Source: an uncultured Lentisphaeria bacterium (GTDB taxonomy: Bacteria; Fidelibacterota; UBA8477; JABMPR01). Taken from it: 64,000 nucleotides of DNA. Position 1 is the first letter of the stretch; every line of letters begins with the position of its first letter. The DNA lies in NCBI GenBank assembly GCA_964469505.1, contig CAYXZO010000001.1, forward strand, positions 37,402 through 101,401, in the 5' to 3' direction. Positions 61,206 through 64,000 of the stretch are shown one piece after another. The position numbers were made by a program, and so were the translations under genes. The notes below the pieces were generated by a model. The model made no database searches. It saw nothing but the letters and a program-made list of their open reading frames with translations, and was not told the origin of the DNA.

Positions 61206-64000
61206 ATGGCAGGTTACTCTTGCCTTTTAAGGCTTAAAATTGTCCGACAACACGGGAAACTTTTTTTATCACTGGGATCTCTTTTACTGTTGTCGTTCAC
61301 GCTGGCGGGTTGTTTCAGCGCTCTATCCATTATAGGAAGCCGCCGTTCTGCTGATTTACTAAGATGGAAATTTGAAACCAATAATGCTATCCGATGCGCT
61401 CCGGTTCTGGCGGATGACGGCACCATTTACGTGGGGTCTGGTGACCACTACCTTTACGCTCTCAACTCTGACGGCTCCCTTAAATGGAAATTTGAAACCG
61501 GCGAAAGGGTTGATTCTTCCCCGGCCGTTGCTGCTGATGGTACCATCTACGTGGGGTCGTGGGACAATTACCTTTACGCTCTCAACCCTGACGGCTCACT
61601 CAAATGGAAATTTAAAACCGGAGGTTGGGTCAGATCTTCCCCGGCCATCGGCGCCGGCGGTATCATTTACATGGGGTCATGGGACCATTTCCTCTATGCC
61701 GTTAAACCTGACGGTTCCCTTGCATGGAAATTCAAAACCGGCGACAAAGTCGATTCTTCTCCGGCCATCGGCGTCGACGGTACCATCTACGTGGGTTCAT
61801 GGGATCACTGTCTTTACGCTCTCAATCCTGACGGCTCGTTGAAGTGGAGATTTCAAACCGCAGACTTGGTTAAATCTTCCCCGGCCATCGGCGCTGACGG
61901 CACCATCTACGTGGGTTCCGACGATCACTACCTCTACGCCCTCAACCCCGACGGCTCGCTAAAGTGGAAATTTGAAACCGGTGACTGGGTTAGATCCTCT
62001 CCGGCCGTTACCGTCGACGGCACCATCTATGTGGGTTCCGATGATCGCTACCTTTACGCTCTCAATCCCGATGGCTCCCTAAAGTGGAAATTCGAAACCG
62101 GAGGTTGGGTTAGATCTTCCCCAGCTGTCGGCGCCGACAGCGTCGTTTATGTAGGCTCAGCTGACCACCATCTTTACGCCCTCAACCCCACCGGTACCCT
62201 CAAATGGAAATTTGAAACTGGAGCAAAGGTTGGTTCCTCCCCAGCCATCGCCGCCGATAGCGCTGTCTATGTGGGTTCAGATGACCACTATCTTTACGAT
62301 ATCAAATCCAGTAGCTCCCTCAGGTGGATATTTAAACCCATAGCCTGGGTTTACTCTTCTTCCTTCCCGAAAAATAGCAGGACCACCCATGTCGGATCGG
62401 ACAACAGAGATCTCTACGCCATAGCCGACCTCAACGGTAGTCTGGTCCGAAGCTCCTGGCCCAAATTCCACCGGGACCAATTCAACGGAGGTTTTATCGG
62501 AAAAACTACATACACATGCTTTACGACTGAAAAGGCAGCGCCTCTGCTTTCCTCAACGGGCAAAACCATAACTCGACTCCCTATTGCAACAAGCATAACA
62601 ATAGTAAAAGCAGGAAAAAATTACGCCTACGTTCAGGTGGGAGACAACCTGAAAGGCTGGATAAAAAACGGCACTTTCAGTCCGGAAAAGCCGGACATCG
62701 CTCGGCCGTTGATCAGGATAATCGAGAAAAACTTCCAGGAACCCTATCTGTACCTGAAAGGCGTGGCCTATGATGACAAGGCGATTGCCGCCGTGGCCTT
62801 CGCCGGCAAGAACTTGCCCCGGGCGGATTTCGAAGTGGAGCATACTAATTACGGCGACGTTTATCCTTTCGAAGCTCGTCTTTTAATTATGCCCGGCACT
62901 AAGAAGATTTTGCGGGCCCGGGACCACAGCGGTAAGGTAACCGAACTACCCCTGCGTATCGAAGGGCGCCCGGTCTCTTACATACCCGAGCTGACTCAAC
63001 TGGTAACAACCAAGGCCGCCAACCTGCGCTCCGGTCCCAGTCTGCAAGCCAAGGTGCTCAAAACCGTTCCTCCCGGCACCCAACTCCTGGCTCTGGGGCA
63101 TAAAAAGGGTTGGTACATTCTGGAGGGTGGCAGCTGGATTTACCGTAGCGTGGTCAAAAAAATCGAATTGCCGCAAACCTCAACTCCAGGAGCCATAACC
63201 ATTGCCGAGGCAGCGCAGGTTCCCACACCCCCGGATGTGCCGGCCCTCAGCGATGTGGATGTTAAAATTCCTTCAACCCACCAAAAAAGACCTTACGATG
63301 TAGCCCTCATCATCGCCAACGCGAAGTATCAGAGTCAAGATGTGCCTCCCGTGAAATATGCCCTGCGAGACGCTCACGCCATGCGGGATTACCTGGTGAA
63401 AACCCTGGGATTTAAAAAAGAAAACATTCTCTACGTGGAGAACGCCACCTTGGCCAAGATGCGGGAACTGTTGGGGAGCGAGAACAACCCCAAGGGGCGC
63501 CTGTATAATTTTCTGCGACCGGGACGCGGCACGGTTTTCGTGTATTATGTGGGACATGGGGCACCGGATTTGGTGAACAAAGAAGCCTACTTCGTGCCCG
63601 TGGATTGCGCTCCAAATTTCGTCGCCCAAAACGGCTATCCTTTATCGTTGTTCTATGACAACCTCAACCGACTACCGGCCCGGCAAATAACGGTGGTGAT
63701 CGATGCGTGTTTTTCCGGGGGTTATTCGGAGGGCATGCTGATTCGTCAGGCCAGCCCCATATACCTGAGCGTGGAGCAACCTCAAGTTCCGAAGAAAGCT
63801 TTGCTATTTACGGCTGCCAACGGTGACCAGATCGCTTCATGGTATCCGGAGAAAAATCATTCATTGTTCACCTACTTTTTCTTAAAAGGTCTCCAGGGCG
63901 AAGCTGATCTGGACGGAAATGGTAGTATCTTAGCTGGTGAGATGGCGCAATACCTAAAAGACAATGTGCCGTATTTAGCCGGTCGCTTATTCAATCGGGA
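61206..64000 (+). CDS. Lipoprotein with an approximately 9-blade PQQ/BamB-like beta-propeller, two SH3b-like domains and a C-terminal caspase-like (peptidase C14) domain. The 3' end lies beyond the window.
   Basis: Hand translation of the +3-phase frame from ATG 61206 runs to the window end with no stop. It reads MAGYSCLLRLKIVRQHGKLFLSLGSLLLLSFTLAGC (lipobox), then 9× [DGSLKWKFETGxxVxSSPAxxxDGTIYVGSxDxxLYALNP], then …KAANLRSGPSLQAKVLKTVPPGTQLLALGHKKGWYIL…, then …YDVALIIANAKYQ…VFVYYVGHGAP…VVIDACFSGG… (caspase His and Cys). It is not in the ORF track because no stop lies inside the window. Confidence 0.8.
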   Translation, partial: MAGYSCLLRLKIVRQHGKLFLSLGSLLLLSFTLAGCFSALSIIGSRRSADLLRWKFETNNAIRCAPVLADDGTIYVGSGDHYLYALNSDGSLKWKFETGERVDSSPAVAADGTIYVGSWDNYLYALNPDGSLKWKFKTGGWVRSSPAIGAGGIIYMGSWDHFLYAVKPDGSLAWKFKTGDKVDSSPAIGVDGTIYVGSWDHCLYALNPDGSLKWRFQTADLVKSSPAIGADGTIYVGSDDHYLYALNPDGSLKWKFETGDWVRSSPAVTVDGTIYVGSDDRYLYALNPDGSLKWKFETGGWVRSSPAVGADSVVYVGSADHHLYALNPTGTLKWKFETGAKVGSSPAIAADSAVYVGSDDHYLYDIKSSSSLRWIFKPIAWVYSSSFPKNSRTTHVGSDNRDLYAIADLNGSLVRSSWPKFHRDQFNGGFIGKTTYTCFTTEKAAPLLSSTGKTITRLPIATSITIVKAGKNYAYVQVGDNLKGWIKNGTFSPEKPDIARPLIRIIEKNFQEPYLYLKGVAYDDKAIAAVAFAGKNLPRADFEVEHTNYGDVYPFEARLLIMPGTKKILRARDHSGKVTELPLRIEGRPVSYIPELTQLVTTKAANLRSGPSLQAKVLKTVPPGTQLLALGHKKGWYILEGGSWIYRSVVKKIELPQTSTPGAITIAEAAQVPTPPDVPALSDVDVKIPSTHQKRPYDVALIIANAKYQSQDVPPVKYALRDAHAMRDYLVKTLGFKKENILYVENATLAKMRELLGSENNPKGRLYNFLRPGRGTVFVYYVGHGAPDLVNKEAYFVPVDCAPNFVAQNGYPLSLFYDNLNRLPARQITVVIDACFSGGYSEGMLIRQASPIYLSVEQPQVPKKALLFTAANGDQIASWYPEKNHSLFTYFFLKGLQGEADLDGNGSILAGEMAQYLKDNVPYLAGRLFNR
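61355..62440 (+). repeat. Tandem 120-bp DNA repeat (8 well-conserved copies plus 1-2 degenerate) encoding the propeller blades
   Basis: The motif …c(t/a)aa(a/g)tggaaatttgaaaccg… recurs at 61361, 61481, 61601, 61721, 61841, 61961, 62081, 62201 and 62321 with exact 120-bp spacing and high nucleotide identity. Confidence 0.85.

Noticed and set aside
61372-61842. 156-aa plus-strand ORF (MKPIMLSDALRF…TFTLSTLTA…)
   Set aside because: It is an out-of-frame reading of the 120-bp tandem repeat. The real gene is the long open-ended frame starting at 61206.
61355-62440. Possible CRISPR array (regular repeats)
   Set aside because: The repeats are 120 bp and contiguous, with no unique spacers. They are in-frame coding units of a propeller protein, not a CRISPR array.

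Overview
This window is a housekeeping-dense chromosomal segment from a bacterium of roughly 55% GC. One secreted protein carries a T9SS-type C-terminal sorting domain, which suggests a Fibrobacteres-Chlorobi-Bacteroidetes (FCB)-group organism. Nearly every gene is on the minus strand.

Positions 1-14550 form one compact translation/transcription super-operon read from high to low coordinates: a tRNA quartet Thr(TGT)-Tyr-Gly-Thr(GGT), then tuf, rpmG (55 aa, missed by the ORF track), tRNA-Trp, secE, nusG, rplKAJL, rpoB, rpoC, rpsL, rpsG and the 5' end of fusA. The tRNA quartet has the same order as the E. coli tufB leader.

Downstream of that are cysS-ddl, a 541-aa membrane protein and lgt. Next is a REP-associated tyrosine transposase (RAYT/IS200-like Y1 HUH transposase) with an 18-bp perfect palindrome inside its coding sequence and a decayed partial copy of itself just upstream. 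Then comes an Atu-like operon (TPR-TlpA lipoprotein, acyl-CoA carboxyltransferase, DUF1446, DUF4387, enoyl-CoA hydratase). A secreted Ntn-hydrolase with a T9SS C-terminal domain follows. A compositionally mosaic, apparently synthase-dependent acidic polysaccharide locus contains an outer-membrane protein, wecB, a membrane GT2 synthase, a Wza-like exporter, two UDP-sugar dehydrogenases and rfbB. After it are a vWA membrane protein, tsaD and a YbbR-like protein.

The cmk-rpsA pair carries an unusually long S1 protein (840 aa) with charged low-complexity tails. The operon trpS-scpA-scpB-rluB also carries an unknown 570-aa protein. A C40 peptidase follows. A TetR-MMPL/RND-LolA-like-OM barrel module comes next, then a GH13 alpha-amylase lipoprotein.

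At the 3' edge is an open-ended gene of more than 930 codons with no stop in the window, so it is absent from the ORF track. It encodes a lipoprotein with about nine PQQ/BamB-like beta-propeller blades, two SH3b-like segments and a C-terminal caspase-like (C14) domain with an intact His/Cys dyad. The blades are near-identical 120-bp DNA tandem repeats.

No CRISPR array and no rRNA were found. Non-coding items flagged are a 12-bp-stem hairpin in the rplL-rpoB spacer, an intrinsic terminator at 52311-52346, a roughly 155-bp nested inverted-repeat element between tetR and the amylase gene, and a pair of mirrored hairpins near 60.9 kb.
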